Source: a virus
Lineage: Duplodnaviria; Heunggongvirae; Uroviricota; Caudoviricetes
Reading direction: 5' to 3' (one strand)
Virus record (IMG/VR): IMGVR_UViG_3300042922_000286
Span: 1-64,000 of that record
Length of the DNA stretch: 64,000 bases
A model generated the notes under the pieces. The model ran no database searches. It saw nothing but the letters and a program-made list of their open reading frames with translations, and was not told the origin of the DNA. Position numbers and translations under genes: made by a program. This document shows positions 42,987 through 53,461 of this stretch, one piece after another; positions within the stretch are counted from its first letter, which is position 1; the number at the start of each line of letters is the position of its first letter.

Positions 42987-43796
42987 CTAACCGGTGCAGT
43001 TGACCGTTATTTCAATAGTAACCGCCCGCACACCGTCCCCCAAAACAGGAACATTCACACGGAATAGATCACCCATAGATACCTCGGATACACCTATGAC
43101 GTAGGGTATGGAGGATGTTCTGCTTGATTTTGTGTCTGCATCGATTACTATAGGTTGAGACAACACGGGCTGCCACGTCCCGTCATTATCGTAATCGTCC
43201 TGCCCTATCTTCTCGATCTGTAGGGTGAGGTCAGTAGTAGGGGCTACCTTACACGACGCATATACCTCAGCGATAACACCACTAAAGGGGAATCGAATCT
43301 CTACGTCCTGAACACCGAGCTTGACAGCTCCGGGAACCACAATAACGATAACCCTACGGTTGAGGCGTTCATCCATACTGTCCAGCCTACTGTCAAGCTT
43401 AGGGAAGCTGTTCCGAGCTTCCCTAATCTCTTGCTCAATCGAGTTAATACGATCACGGTCGGCTTCGAGTCCCTGCACCGTTTTGGTTCTCCACATACGT
43501 ATGAATATCTCGTCACCAATGTTGAGAGGTGACGGATTACCGTCAAGGTCACGCACATCTAGGATAATAGTGTTGGGTGACGGCTCTTCATAGCCGCCGC
43601 CCGCTGTCAAGTGCTGGCCGTTGAAGTATACATCCAGTTCGCCTCTACCCATTACATAATCCTCGGGCAGCGTAATGATAATAGGAACCGTGTACTGAGC
43701 AACATTGCTCGCGTCGATAACTAACTCGTAGTCGGTTTTATCGAGCAAATTCTGTTTGCCGTACTTGTTCAGTGTCATCTTTGTCCCTGCTGACAT
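42987..43796 (-). CDS. Hypothetical structural protein.
   Basis: ORF in the late operon. Confidence 0.4.
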   Translation of the reverse strand: MSAGTKMTLNKYGKQNLLDKTDYELVIDASNVAQYTVPIIITLPEDYVMGRGELDVYFNGQHLTAGGGYEEPSPNTIILDVRDLDGNPSPLNIGDEIFIRMWRTKTVQGLEADRDRINSIEQEIREARNSFPKLDSRLDSMDERLNRRVIVIVVPGAVKLGVQDVEIRFPFSGVIAEVYASCKVAPTTDLTLQIEKIGQDDYDNDGTWQPVLSQPIVIDADTKSSRTSSIPYVIGVSEVSMGDLFRVNVPVLGDGVRAVTIEITVNCTG

Positions 43797-43807
43797 TCCA
43801 TCACCTC

Positions 43808-44920
43808 CTAGACATGGTTGATGTCGAGGTTAAAGAACGTAGGCTCGATACCGAAGTAGTTACCGTCCCTCACAACCTTGACCCAAAAGAATTTACTTTC
43901 ATCGGGAGCGAGTGCGCCAAGTTCGATCCTATCAGAGTACTCTCCAGCCTCTCCGTCAATATCCAAAGCGACATCAGCCCACTGGTACCCGAACTTATCC
44001 ATATACTGCTTGATGCCTAAGGAAATCTGGTCGGCCCATGTATTCGTCGTAGGGTTTTTAAGCTCCATCTTGACTTCAATAACCCCGTTGTACATAGCAC
44101 CTAGCCACGTGGGCGTGTCAGTTGCCAACTCTTCTCCGTTCCACCATACTTCGAGATCGGTGCCGAACAGGAATACGTCCCCGCCATAAATGTTCGAAGT
44201 AGGGAACTCAGCCAACTGCTCCCCATCAACGTCGAACACCTTCAAGATACCGTCATACGGGATAGTGGGTAACGTCAGGTCTACCCCTGTGTACCCGGGC
44301 TGTACAGTGGACTCTGCTACGGTGTACCCCTCAGTGTCACATAGGTATGCTGTGTAGCCCGTCGCCAAGTTGCCTACCTTAACCGTATCGCCTTTGCAGA
44401 ACAAGATGCGCCGAAGATTCAGGTCGATGAAGCTCGGGTCGTTGTTCTTCAAGATAATTCCCGCTTTGCTGGCTATAAAAGTCGTGTAATCAAACATCTC
44501 CCAACCGTAGCCGCGGTCAGCATAGAATGACCAAGTATCGTTATGCTTCTTCGCTCTCCATCGACTGTACTCTGCGGTGGTCGTATGCAAGCTCTCAACA
44601 AACTCCAATCTGTCCTCAGACGTAGCCATAACGACGATCCCGCCCTCATCGCCTTCCAACGTAGGGATGTAATCCGCTGTTACCTCTATCAGCAGACTGC
44701 GCTCCGCGGTTGGAAGATCGAAAAGAACAGTGGTTTCAATGTCGGAATGGTGGAGGGCAAGGTTGCCCTCCGTATACGTGATTGCAGTTGAAGGCGAGGG
44801 CGTCCACCGGGAGTAGTCAAAGGAAGCAAAGAAGTCATCGAATATGAATCCGCTAACTGTCTTATACAGCCCCACTGAACCATCACCTACCTTGTTTTTC
44901 TCCAATTCCAGATGTTCCAC
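43808..44920 (-). CDS. Hypothetical structural protein.
   Basis: ORF in the late operon. Confidence 0.4.
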   Translation of the reverse strand: MEHLELEKNKVGDGSVGLYKTVSGFIFDDFFASFDYSRWTPSPSTAITYTEGNLALHHSDIETTVLFDLPTAERSLLIEVTADYIPTLEGDEGGIVVMATSEDRLEFVESLHTTTAEYSRWRAKKHNDTWSFYADRGYGWEMFDYTTFIASKAGIILKNNDPSFIDLNLRRILFCKGDTVKVGNLATGYTAYLCDTEGYTVAESTVQPGYTGVDLTLPTIPYDGILKVFDVDGEQLAEFPTSNIYGGDVFLFGTDLEVWWNGEELATDTPTWLGAMYNGVIEVKMELKNPTTNTWADQISLGIKQYMDKFGYQWADVALDIDGEAGEYSDRIELGALAPDESKFFWVKVVRDGNYFGIEPTFFNLDINHV

Positions 44921-47900
44921 GAAGCGATACGACCGAGGATGAGCCAGATGCGCTTGGCTTTCTTAGGCTCAGGCTTCAAATCAAGAAGTGCCGTATCGTC
45001 TTCATGAACTACGGTGTCGAGTACCTTGTGACGGTCAGCAGCGCTATCCTCGGCCACTACTGTATCAAGAGAAGGTTTGATACGAGTAGCAGGTTCGCTG
45101 CCCCCGACCATGGTATCGGTCGAAGGCTTGAGTCGGTTAGCGCCGTCCGAGGTGCTAGTTTGAAGGTCATTAATTCGCTTCTTACGGGAGCCTTCGGATA
45201 CGTCATCAATAAACTCTCCACCTGAGCTATACGTAGTGGAACCCTCCAAGTTCTCCAAGACGGCTCCATTTTCTACTTGGGTGGTTGCTGCTTCCAATCC
45301 GTCAACAGTAGATTCGCGAGTCACTACAGAATCGGCTCTGTCGGTTCCTTCATCGACTACAACCTCGTTGGCCGTACTGTTGATAGAACCACCTACATAG
45401 TCTATGACAGCATCCGTTCTTTCGCTCGGCTCACTGACCTCAGAAGACTCGTTAATCGAATCTACTACGTGATCATACGTGGCTTTGTCGGGAGACTCGA
45501 TGACGGAATCCTTGACGTTACTGTACGTAGCACCGTCATGTGTTTCAATGGCAGCTTCCCACGTGGCATCGTAGTCAGCCTTGTCGTGCCCTTCCATTTC
45601 AACATCATGGGACAGATCGTAGGTTGCCTTACCTGGCTGCTCAAGAACAACATACTCGCTAAGGCCACTTGCTGCCTTGTCGGGGCTTTCCATGATAACC
45701 TCGGAGCTTGCCCGGGTTTCACTGGTTTCGGGGGTCTCCATCCGAACGTCATACTGTTGATCATAGATCGCTTGGTCGTGACCTTCCATCTCAACAACAC
45801 GCTCAACACGGAGGTCTGCTTCGCTCGGCTGTTCGACAACCCCGCCGCTTCCTCCGTACGCTTCCGTCTGGATGTATTCCTCTATTTCAACATCGCCGCT
45901 GGCTCTTGTCTCAGCAATGCTCTGATCTCCAATGACTGCTTCCGTAGTGAGCCGTTGGTCAGCGGATTCAGCACCATCCAGAACCCCTTCATGCCGATCA
46001 AGACGATCACCCTTAGTTGTCCCATCGTCCTTAATCCCCAACAACTCATTTTTGTACTCTGCCAAGGACTGTCCGCTGTTATCGAGCATGGTTTCAAGCA
46101 GATTCTCCGCGCCCAACATAATCTCTTCCACTACTTGCTTACCGTGGAGTATTTCAGCTAGACGCATGACAGTCATTACCTCAGGTCGGTTGAATACTTC
46201 ATGTACCAATTCGGCCCCGCCCTTGTCGATCTGCTCCACCGTAGCTTCTCCGTCAGAGTAGGAGGTCGCAGCATCGGTATCCTCAATCACAGAGTCCTGC
46301 GCGATTGTGAGCTTGCCATCAGCCACGTCATCGATTACAGAGGTGAACGTTTTGTCGAGTGACCCTTTCTGCTTATCGTCAATATCGATGTCCGTCATTC
46401 CCCCCGCAATACCTTCCACGTAATCTTCGAGATGGACAGCCCCTTGCTCTTGGCTGTACGAAACAGCAGCTACAGATTTATCGACAGATTGGTCTAGGTC
46501 TTTACGGGACTCGAAGCTATCTACTTGTTCATAATGGATTTCGCGCCCTTGAACCGAGGCAGAAGCTTCAACTCCGTCCCCTACTTCGCCCTCTGAACCT
46601 TCGTCGGACAACGCACTGACGGCATCGTCTATGTCAATCTCAACCTGATCCCTACTGATATTAGTAGTGTCCACGGTGTCGTCCACACTGTAGATGGGGT
46701 GTTCTTGGCTGCGATCTGCCGCGGCTCCGTCATCAATGATGGTAAGCCGCTGCTTGGAAACGTCAGCGGTCACTTCATCATCAATTGCAATATCACGCCG
46801 TACGTGGCTCTCTGACCCCTCGGCAGCGTCATCAACAATAACCTGCCTGAATCTGCTTTCGTGCGCCGCCACCTCGTCAGTGATGTCACCACGGTAGTCC
46901 GGTTCAATCCTTCTGGCGTCAGGCTTATCCAGTATATCCCCGATGTTGTAGACCTTCTTTTCAGTGTCGGCAAAGTCGGATATTTCAAGCTGCTTGGTCT
47001 GCTCGGATGCCGCCGCCGTATCCCCGATGGCCAACTCCTTTAGCTTCTCAAATGCCCCTGTCGAATCCGCGATGTCGCCCTTATAGTCAGGTTCTATTCG
47101 CTTAGTTTCAAGAACTTCGTTGTAGACTAATTCTCTTAGTACCTTGGCTGCGTCAAGCATATCGTCGCCATTGCCTTCTACGTCATCTATACGAAGGGAG
47201 GGGTCTACTGCATCATCAACAGCAACTTCCTTGATCCGTTCCCCTGACCCTGCGATTACCTCTGCTGCTTCCCCGTCCCGTATGTCCCTAGTCTTCTTCG
47301 CTTCGTCAACAGGTTCGTCAGTGATTGTATATTCAACCTTCTTTTCAGAAAGTGAAATTTCTATTCCATCAGTGTCTAGCGTGTCCATGCGATTACGAGT
47401 CTTTAGGAACTCTGCGATCTCGATGACGTGATAGCTCGGCTCGGGGCTTGCAGGGGATACTTCGACGGTCTGTGCTTCGGCTACAGGCGCTTGTTTGGCC
47501 GCCGTCAATCTATCCTCTATGTTAATAACATTGGTCTTGTCATTGTTGGATCGCTCCATAGAATCGACACTTGCCAAAGCAGGTTCCACCATAACGGAAC
47601 TGATCTCAGGATCAATATTATATACGTCCCTAAAGTCCGTCTTTAGACGGCTCTCAGTGATCTCCTTTATTGCATTAGCAACGACTCTATCGACGATATT
47701 TGAAGAGTTCAATTGTTGCGCGTTGCCGATGTCCTTTGCCCGCCCTTCTGACTGAATAGCCGCATGGATGTGTCCCACCAGTCTTAAAACTGCGGTGGAA
47801 GGGATCATTCCCTCAGGCTCATGGGCATACACATCACTTAACGTCCCTTCTTCCAGAAGTTTGCCGAACACCCCGACAACGGTTGAACATCTCACCCCCA

Positions 47901-48078
47901 ACCTCTCGGAGTCCTCTATCACTGCCCGCCACGTCGAGATAGCAGGAGCAGATAGGGGAAATTGGTTGTTAACTTCTACAGGGACATAGTAGTTGTATGT
48001 TAATGTGTACTCCTTTTCAGCAAAAAGGGCGGTGAAACTGATGAGGTAAGACTTACCCTTTATCAGCACACCACCCAC
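44887..48078 (-). CDS. Hyper-acidic 1063-aa repetitive protein in the tail module.
   Basis: Asp/Glu-rich throughout, with internal repeats (IEPDYKGDIADSTGAFEK / IEPDYRGDITDEVAAHES; VEMEGHD.A.YD repeats). Spurious open frames on the opposite strand reflect low complexity. Confidence 0.45.
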   Translation of the reverse strand: MGGVLIKGKSYLISFTALFAEKEYTLTYNYYVPVEVNNQFPLSAPAISTWRAVIEDSERLGVRCSTVVGVFGKLLEEGTLSDVYAHEPEGMIPSTAVLRLVGHIHAAIQSEGRAKDIGNAQQLNSSNIVDRVVANAIKEITESRLKTDFRDVYNIDPEISSVMVEPALASVDSMERSNNDKTNVINIEDRLTAAKQAPVAEAQTVEVSPASPEPSYHVIEIAEFLKTRNRMDTLDTDGIEISLSEKKVEYTITDEPVDEAKKTRDIRDGEAAEVIAGSGERIKEVAVDDAVDPSLRIDDVEGNGDDMLDAAKVLRELVYNEVLETKRIEPDYKGDIADSTGAFEKLKELAIGDTAAASEQTKQLEISDFADTEKKVYNIGDILDKPDARRIEPDYRGDITDEVAAHESRFRQVIVDDAAEGSESHVRRDIAIDDEVTADVSKQRLTIIDDGAAADRSQEHPIYSVDDTVDTTNISRDQVEIDIDDAVSALSDEGSEGEVGDGVEASASVQGREIHYEQVDSFESRKDLDQSVDKSVAAVSYSQEQGAVHLEDYVEGIAGGMTDIDIDDKQKGSLDKTFTSVIDDVADGKLTIAQDSVIEDTDAATSYSDGEATVEQIDKGGAELVHEVFNRPEVMTVMRLAEILHGKQVVEEIMLGAENLLETMLDNSGQSLAEYKNELLGIKDDGTTKGDRLDRHEGVLDGAESADQRLTTEAVIGDQSIAETRASGDVEIEEYIQTEAYGGSGGVVEQPSEADLRVERVVEMEGHDQAIYDQQYDVRMETPETSETRASSEVIMESPDKAASGLSEYVVLEQPGKATYDLSHDVEMEGHDKADYDATWEAAIETHDGATYSNVKDSVIESPDKATYDHVVDSINESSEVSEPSERTDAVIDYVGGSINSTANEVVVDEGTDRADSVVTRESTVDGLEAATTQVENGAVLENLEGSTTYSSGGEFIDDVSEGSRKKRINDLQTSTSDGANRLKPSTDTMVGGSEPATRIKPSLDTVVAEDSAADRHKVLDTVVHEDDTALLDLKPEPKKAKRIWLILGRIASWNIWNWRKTR

Positions 48079-48102
48079 CCCCGTTATCTATGTTCCTTAT
48101 CC

Positions 48103-49932
48103 TTACGGTGTTTCTGGTTCTACTTGGATGTTCTCTTTCAGGACACCCAACCCAATCGGAGCGAACGGACTGACTGCCGCCAGCGCGAACGGAGTCACAG
48201 GCGTGTCAGCCAGAGTATAGCGATACAACTGCTTGTAGTCGTAGTTGGCAATAATCTCCGCGCCCGCGGCAGGAGCCGTATCAAACGTGATTGTCTTCAA
48301 CTCAGGGTCAAACGCAAACCCTGTAGTAATTTCCAAGCAGTTGACCTTCAAGTTCAACGTGCCCTCCACCGGGGCATGAATCAGATGGAACACTGTTTGA
48401 ACACCATCAGCCGAATCCTCAACTACTTCATTCTTCGCTTGCTCGATAACCTCCAACTCATCCAACTGCGAGATACCCTTCGGGTGAACTGCGTAGCAGT
48501 CGTCCAGCTTCCCTACAAAGCCATCGTTCGGGTGAACAATTGCCATCTGGCTAATGTGGTACTTGCCGCTGTACACCGATGGATTGAACCGGGCTTCCCC
48601 GCTGTCCATGGATTTATCATGCGTGAAGAATGCAAGGTAGTGCTTCTGGAAGTACGTGCCTCCGATGGATTGCTGTAACAGTACCGAACTGTTACCATTC
48701 GACGTGTTGTTACCATAATCCACGTACACATTTCCGAGCTTCTTGTTCGACGCCCATGTGATTTCGTCAGCAACCCGGCAACCCGAGATGATAACGTGAT
48801 TCTTACGCGGCGCTTTGCCTACGGTAACCAACTTACCTACGTACAGCGGAGCAAAGAACGTATTCTCAGGATTAGCAGACGGATCAGGACGGAAGAACAT
48901 GATGATGCGGTCTTTATTGACGTTGCCCCAATAGTACAAGGAGCTATCACGCTGCCAGCTTCTATCTAACGTGCTCAGTGGTGTGAACGACAACACTGTA
49001 GGTAGGGAAGGGTAGATGAAGTTGATCGAGTTGTAGACCGCACCCATGACCGCTTCGGCACTAGACGGGTCGAACGCTTTAACAGGAACGTCGCCGTAGT
49101 TTACGGTTACAGTACCCGTACCTGACAGCACTTTGGCATATGATGCATGTAACTCAAAGCCAGCCGCAGGTGCCTGACCTGTATTGAATGTGACGGTGTT
49201 CGTCTCGTAGTCTACTGTGTAGATAGAAGTGCTTTGCTCCACAAAGTTCTTATAAACTCTGACAGTACCTTCCTTGATAGTAGACGTAGTAGGAATAGGG
49301 AAGGCCAGTCTCGTACCGTCACCATCAGGAAGGATGGACTCAGGATCACCGAGAGCTACGCCGCCGCTTACCCCGAGTACGATCTTTTCCGAACGCACAT
49401 CTTCGAAAGTGAAGAGGAATACGCGAGTGATCGGGTCAGGGCAGTTAGGATCAAGCATGTAGGAGCAAGTCACCTTGGCTCCTGCTGTAGGAGCTTTGCC
49501 CGCCGCGAATGTAATCATGCCTGAAGTCTCGCTGTGCGTATAATCGTCGCTCGAAACGAGCGTGTCGTTAATATACACCAATGGCGAGTCCTTCTTGATA
49601 GGGAATACCTTGGTCTTGAAGATCGCGTTGGTGCCGTCAGCTACCCCATCCAGCTCCCCAAGAATGGAGTTCCGCGACACTACTTCTTCCTGTCCAAGCT
49701 CGGGAGTGGGGCGCTTACCGTAGGCATGTACAAAACCTAGAGTACGCATCTGATTGTCAGTCCCTACGGACTTGAACAGTGTAACCTCAGCCGCCGAGAT
49801 ACGCCCCGCCCCTACACTGGAAGGAGCGGTGGCGCGGAATTTAACGTACGAAGACCAACCATTATCATTCAGCTTTTTCTCGAAGTCCCGAGGAAACAGT
49901 TGGAGTACAGATGTATCATCAAACCATGCCAT
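48103..49932 (-). CDS. Tail/baseplate protein, paralog 1 of 3.
   Basis: Shares conserved blocks with the next two genes (F.PS.YSGK.H.S.....HP..G; YQ.H.L.W.....; PLT.P.TQYRP.GLG). Confidence 0.5.
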   Translation of the reverse strand: MAWFDDTSVLQLFPRDFEKKLNDNGWSSYVKFRATAPSSVGAGRISAAEVTLFKSVGTDNQMRTLGFVHAYGKRPTPELGQEEVVSRNSILGELDGVADGTNAIFKTKVFPIKKDSPLVYINDTLVSSDDYTHSETSGMITFAAGKAPTAGAKVTCSYMLDPNCPDPITRVFLFTFEDVRSEKIVLGVSGGVALGDPESILPDGDGTRLAFPIPTTSTIKEGTVRVYKNFVEQSTSIYTVDYETNTVTFNTGQAPAAGFELHASYAKVLSGTGTVTVNYGDVPVKAFDPSSAEAVMGAVYNSINFIYPSLPTVLSFTPLSTLDRSWQRDSSLYYWGNVNKDRIIMFFRPDPSANPENTFFAPLYVGKLVTVGKAPRKNHVIISGCRVADEITWASNKKLGNVYVDYGNNTSNGNSSVLLQQSIGGTYFQKHYLAFFTHDKSMDSGEARFNPSVYSGKYHISQMAIVHPNDGFVGKLDDCYAVHPKGISQLDELEVIEQAKNEVVEDSADGVQTVFHLIHAPVEGTLNLKVNCLEITTGFAFDPELKTITFDTAPAAGAEIIANYDYKQLYRYTLADTPVTPFALAAVSPFAPIGLGVLKENIQVEPETP

Positions 49933-49959
49933 TTAAGGTCACCTCACTAAAGATTATTG

Positions 49960-51432
49960 TTATACGACAGGATCGCCGTTCGCATCGACCGTTTCCGCGA
50001 AGATACCAAGACCCATTGGACGGTACTGCGTTCCCGGCTTCTTCGTGAGAGGGGATATCCCGTCCACTAGGAAATAGCGGTAAATGTCGTAGTGGTCAGG
50101 GCAGAAGCTCGATTTAACGCGGAGCTTACTTGCGTTAAATGATACCGCCGCAAAGCCGATGGCGTTGATAAGCGAACCGCGAACACCTTCCTCAGGATGT
50201 ACCAGATATACCTTAGAGGTGTGAACCTTGCCACTGTATCGGCTCGGATTGAACTGGTACTTGTACAGTGGGTTCTCTGCGTTGTTCCACGCCCGCGGAT
50301 AGTCGTTGTTCTTGCCGTTCGTCACGTCAGTACGCGCAGGAGGCATGGAGTTAGGCGGCGCATTCCAAGACAGGAAGTGCGACTGGTAACGGGCACCGAA
50401 CTTAGCACGGCTGACCATAACGCTACCGATTCCGTTGGAAGGATTCCGTGGGTAGGTCTTAATCAGCGGAGTGATCGTCGGCAATGCCGCCGTGTTACTG
50501 TCGTAATCGAACTCGGCAATCGACCGCAACTGGGCTTCAAGTGTACTACCTGTCGTTGGAGGTACACTGCCTGCGAACAGGGCGCAAGCCTCGTCGCCTT
50601 CCTCTACGGTGTCAATTTTACCGAAGTACAGCGGGATCGAAGGCACCAAGTTGCCCTCAGGTGCAGGCACCGCGTCTGCTTGGATTACAACAAAGATGCA
50701 ATCCTTGTCGATGTGCCCACGAATCGCGATCTCCGAATCAGGCCACCAGTTTGTATACTGTACAGCGGAGTTCAATGCTTCATCGTAGTAGCTCTCCATC
50801 AGGTTTGTACGCATCCCTGCAATTGCGATAGGGGATTGCATCCGTGCAGGTTCTACCTTGGCAATGGAGAACACTGCGGTACCGCCGCCCGAAGGAGTTG
50901 CGTAACTGGTCTGCTCCACTTCGATATCCAAAGCTGCTCGAAGCATCTTACTTGCAAATCCACTGCCCGAATCTTCCCAACACATAACAATATCGCCCGT
51001 GACTGTATCAAGTCCTTGCAGTTTCTCTACCATATAGAAATAGAGAGTGTGGGGAGCACGGTACTTACGAAATTGGTTAGTGGCCCAAATACCGAACTGC
51101 GGAAGCCCCGCCTCAGGTTTCGTATCGTACTGCGAATACGGGATATTGAACTCACCAACGATAGCTAGTCCAAACATTTTCTCGCTATCATTCGTGTAAA
51201 TAAAATGTTCTGCCACCACGGTTTTGTAGGACACAGCGTCCGTCGGGTTGATGAGCATGCGTCTGTCGAACACGACCTTCTTGAAGTTAGCAGCTATGGC
51301 GCCGCTATCCTTACCCTTAGTCCATCCGTTCGCTTTCAGAAGATCGCCCAACTTGTTCTGAATATCATCCTCCGTTACCTTGTACAGGAAATCAGCAGGA
51401 GTAGTATCAACGAATCCCATTATTTGTGACAC
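49960..51432 (-). CDS. Tail/baseplate protein, paralog 2 of 3.
   Basis: Conserved C-terminal blocks YKYQFNPSRYSGKVHTSKVYLVHPEEGVRGSL and SPLTKKPGTQYRPMGLGI. GTG start. Confidence 0.5.
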   Translation of the reverse strand: MSQIMGFVDTTPADFLYKVTEDDIQNKLGDLLKANGWTKGKDSGAIAANFKKVVFDRRMLINPTDAVSYKTVVAEHFIYTNDSEKMFGLAIVGEFNIPYSQYDTKPEAGLPQFGIWATNQFRKYRAPHTLYFYMVEKLQGLDTVTGDIVMCWEDSGSGFASKMLRAALDIEVEQTSYATPSGGGTAVFSIAKVEPARMQSPIAIAGMRTNLMESYYDEALNSAVQYTNWWPDSEIAIRGHIDKDCIFVVIQADAVPAPEGNLVPSIPLYFGKIDTVEEGDEACALFAGSVPPTTGSTLEAQLRSIAEFDYDSNTAALPTITPLIKTYPRNPSNGIGSVMVSRAKFGARYQSHFLSWNAPPNSMPPARTDVTNGKNNDYPRAWNNAENPLYKYQFNPSRYSGKVHTSKVYLVHPEEGVRGSLINAIGFAAVSFNASKLRVKSSFCPDHYDIYRYFLVDGISPLTKKPGTQYRPMGLGIFAETVDANGDPVV

Positions 51433-51442
51433 CTCTTTCGTC

Positions 51443-53452
51443 TTAAATTGGGAACGGGGTAGTTCTAATACCTAGTCCCGCAGGTCTATATTGAGTGGAA
51501 GGTCGTTTAGTTAGTGGCGACACGCCCTCAACCAAATGGTAATGGTAGAAGATAGGCTCGTCACAACCGACCTTTTCCCTTAATTCATCTCCATTTAGTA
51601 TAGAGAGGGGAGGCATTAAAATAACACCACGCAAGGAACCATGCACCCCTAGCTCGGGGTGGTAGATGTACGCCTTTGACGAGTGTACCTTGTCAGAATA
51701 TCTCGACGGGTTGAATTGGTACTTGAAGTCCGAGGTATTGTCCTGCATCCAGCCCCTCGGATACTGCAAGCCAGTGCTGTCGTGAATGAAGTTAGGAGGC
51801 ATCCCATTAGATGACTGCTCCCACGTAAGGTAGTAGGACTGGTACCTGCTGCCGAACTTCGTCGTTTTCACCATGATACTGTCCACCCCATTGCTAGGGT
51901 GAGTGACATAGTTCTTGAGGAACGGTTGCAGCACAGGCTGAAAGTTACTTAGGGAAGGGTCCGTGTAGTCAAAATCTCTTGATGTATCGATTACGTTCTC
52001 TGCTGTGTCCTTCTGTACATGAGTCTTGTCTGTGTACGCGGTGCCTGCCCACAAACACGCCAAGTTCATGGCCGCCTCAGTATTGATACGAAGGTCAATC
52101 CATGCCCTAGAAACGGATACTTGAGCAGATACACGATAAGAGAATTGGAAGCTCTTTTTGCCTGAGATGTTCTGTAGATTGAATGTGAACTTCTTGACCC
52201 GAGGGTCATTGCGGTTATCGGGGAGGTTTGTTTCGACCTCTTGCCCGGTGGTCATTCCTCCGAAGGATTGACCATCAATTTCGAGCCATGCCCACTCACT
52301 GTAGAATATGTCAGGCGGGATATCTGCGCTAAAGTCACCGACGAGGTACACGTCTACGTAGGAGCCTGTCGTTACGCAAGGGAACGCCGTGGTGATTGTC
52401 ACGTTTTTGCTTCCCCCGTTCCCGGCATCAAACTTGAACGAGCGGTTGATTACCTCGGATGTATTGCCGTTGTTGGAGTTCTCGTACTTATCGAAATCCC
52501 CCATGTATAAAGGAACAGATGGCGTAGTGTTGCCTTCCCACATAGGTGCAGTATCCGCGGTCAGTATGAGCATCGCAGTCTTGTTATCCAACAACCCCTT
52601 AACACGAATCTGGCTATCCCGCCACCAGTTTGTGAACTGGACATCGGAGTTGAGGCTGTCGTCGTAGAACTGTTCTACTTGGGAGAGCCTCATCTTCACC
52701 TCTACAATAGGGGACTGCATGTTGTTCGGGAACGTTTGCTTCACTTCGAACTTGTTGGCTGCCACGTTCCAAGCCGCCGCCCACACCTCAGTGTCGAGGC
52801 ACAGCCTGAGTAGCTCCCGGTCGTTTGTACTGTTCCACGGCAGCACGGAGTTCTCGTAGGTAGGGGAGAGGAAGCCATCCAATTGATACACGTACAAAGT
52901 GGAATGGTCTGCGTACACATCTGCGAACCTGTTAATGGCGTCATTAATGAACGTCGCGTTCTTAAACTCGTATGTCCCGTTCTCCTTAACCATATAAGGA
53001 ATGTGGGACAGTGGCCTATCCTGCCACCCCGCCACAGCTATGCCGTACAGCATGCCCGAGGCATTCCGTATAACATCATGTCTGCTGACGTATACCTTGG
53101 TCTTATTCCCCGGTAGGTAGGTTGGCAAGTAAACTTCAAACACGCTGCCGTCCGTACCTGTAAGGTCGAGCAGGATGGCCGTTCCTGTGTCCTCGACAGT
53201 AATCGGGACACTCGCTACTTGGCCGTCCTGATGGATCACGTACGCGCCTTGCTGAATGATCTCTGCATTCATCGCAATCCTGTGCCCTTCATTACCGTTG
53301 GATGTAAATCGCGTAACGTTAGGCTTGGTCAGGTTAGTATCGTAAACCACTTTCATAAACTGTGTTACTTCCGTCCAGCCGTTATTGAGAAACAGATTGG
53401 TGATGTTCCCGGGAAGCCCACCTTCTGTAATAGTCGTATCTATGAATGCCAT
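51443..53452 (-). CDS. Tail/baseplate protein, paralog 3 of 3.
   Basis: FKYQFNPSRYSDKVHSSKAYIYHPELGVHGSL and SPLTKRPSTQYRPAGLGI. Confidence 0.5.
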   Translation of the reverse strand: MAFIDTTITEGGLPGNITNLFLNNGWTEVTQFMKVVYDTNLTKPNVTRFTSNGNEGHRIAMNAEIIQQGAYVIHQDGQVASVPITVEDTGTAILLDLTGTDGSVFEVYLPTYLPGNKTKVYVSRHDVIRNASGMLYGIAVAGWQDRPLSHIPYMVKENGTYEFKNATFINDAINRFADVYADHSTLYVYQLDGFLSPTYENSVLPWNSTNDRELLRLCLDTEVWAAAWNVAANKFEVKQTFPNNMQSPIVEVKMRLSQVEQFYDDSLNSDVQFTNWWRDSQIRVKGLLDNKTAMLILTADTAPMWEGNTTPSVPLYMGDFDKYENSNNGNTSEVINRSFKFDAGNGGSKNVTITTAFPCVTTGSYVDVYLVGDFSADIPPDIFYSEWAWLEIDGQSFGGMTTGQEVETNLPDNRNDPRVKKFTFNLQNISGKKSFQFSYRVSAQVSVSRAWIDLRINTEAAMNLACLWAGTAYTDKTHVQKDTAENVIDTSRDFDYTDPSLSNFQPVLQPFLKNYVTHPSNGVDSIMVKTTKFGSRYQSYYLTWEQSSNGMPPNFIHDSTGLQYPRGWMQDNTSDFKYQFNPSRYSDKVHSSKAYIYHPELGVHGSLRGVILMPPLSILNGDELREKVGCDEPIFYHYHLVEGVSPLTKRPSTQYRPAGLGIRTTPFPI

Positions 53453-53461
53453 GTGCTCACC

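Noticed and set aside
45277-46161. 294-aa plus-strand ORF, with similar long plus-strand ORFs at 50197..51168, 61706..62257 and 62870..63550.
   Set aside because: All lie antisense inside long, well-supported minus-strand structural genes. They are open only because of the biased composition or repeats of the sense strand.
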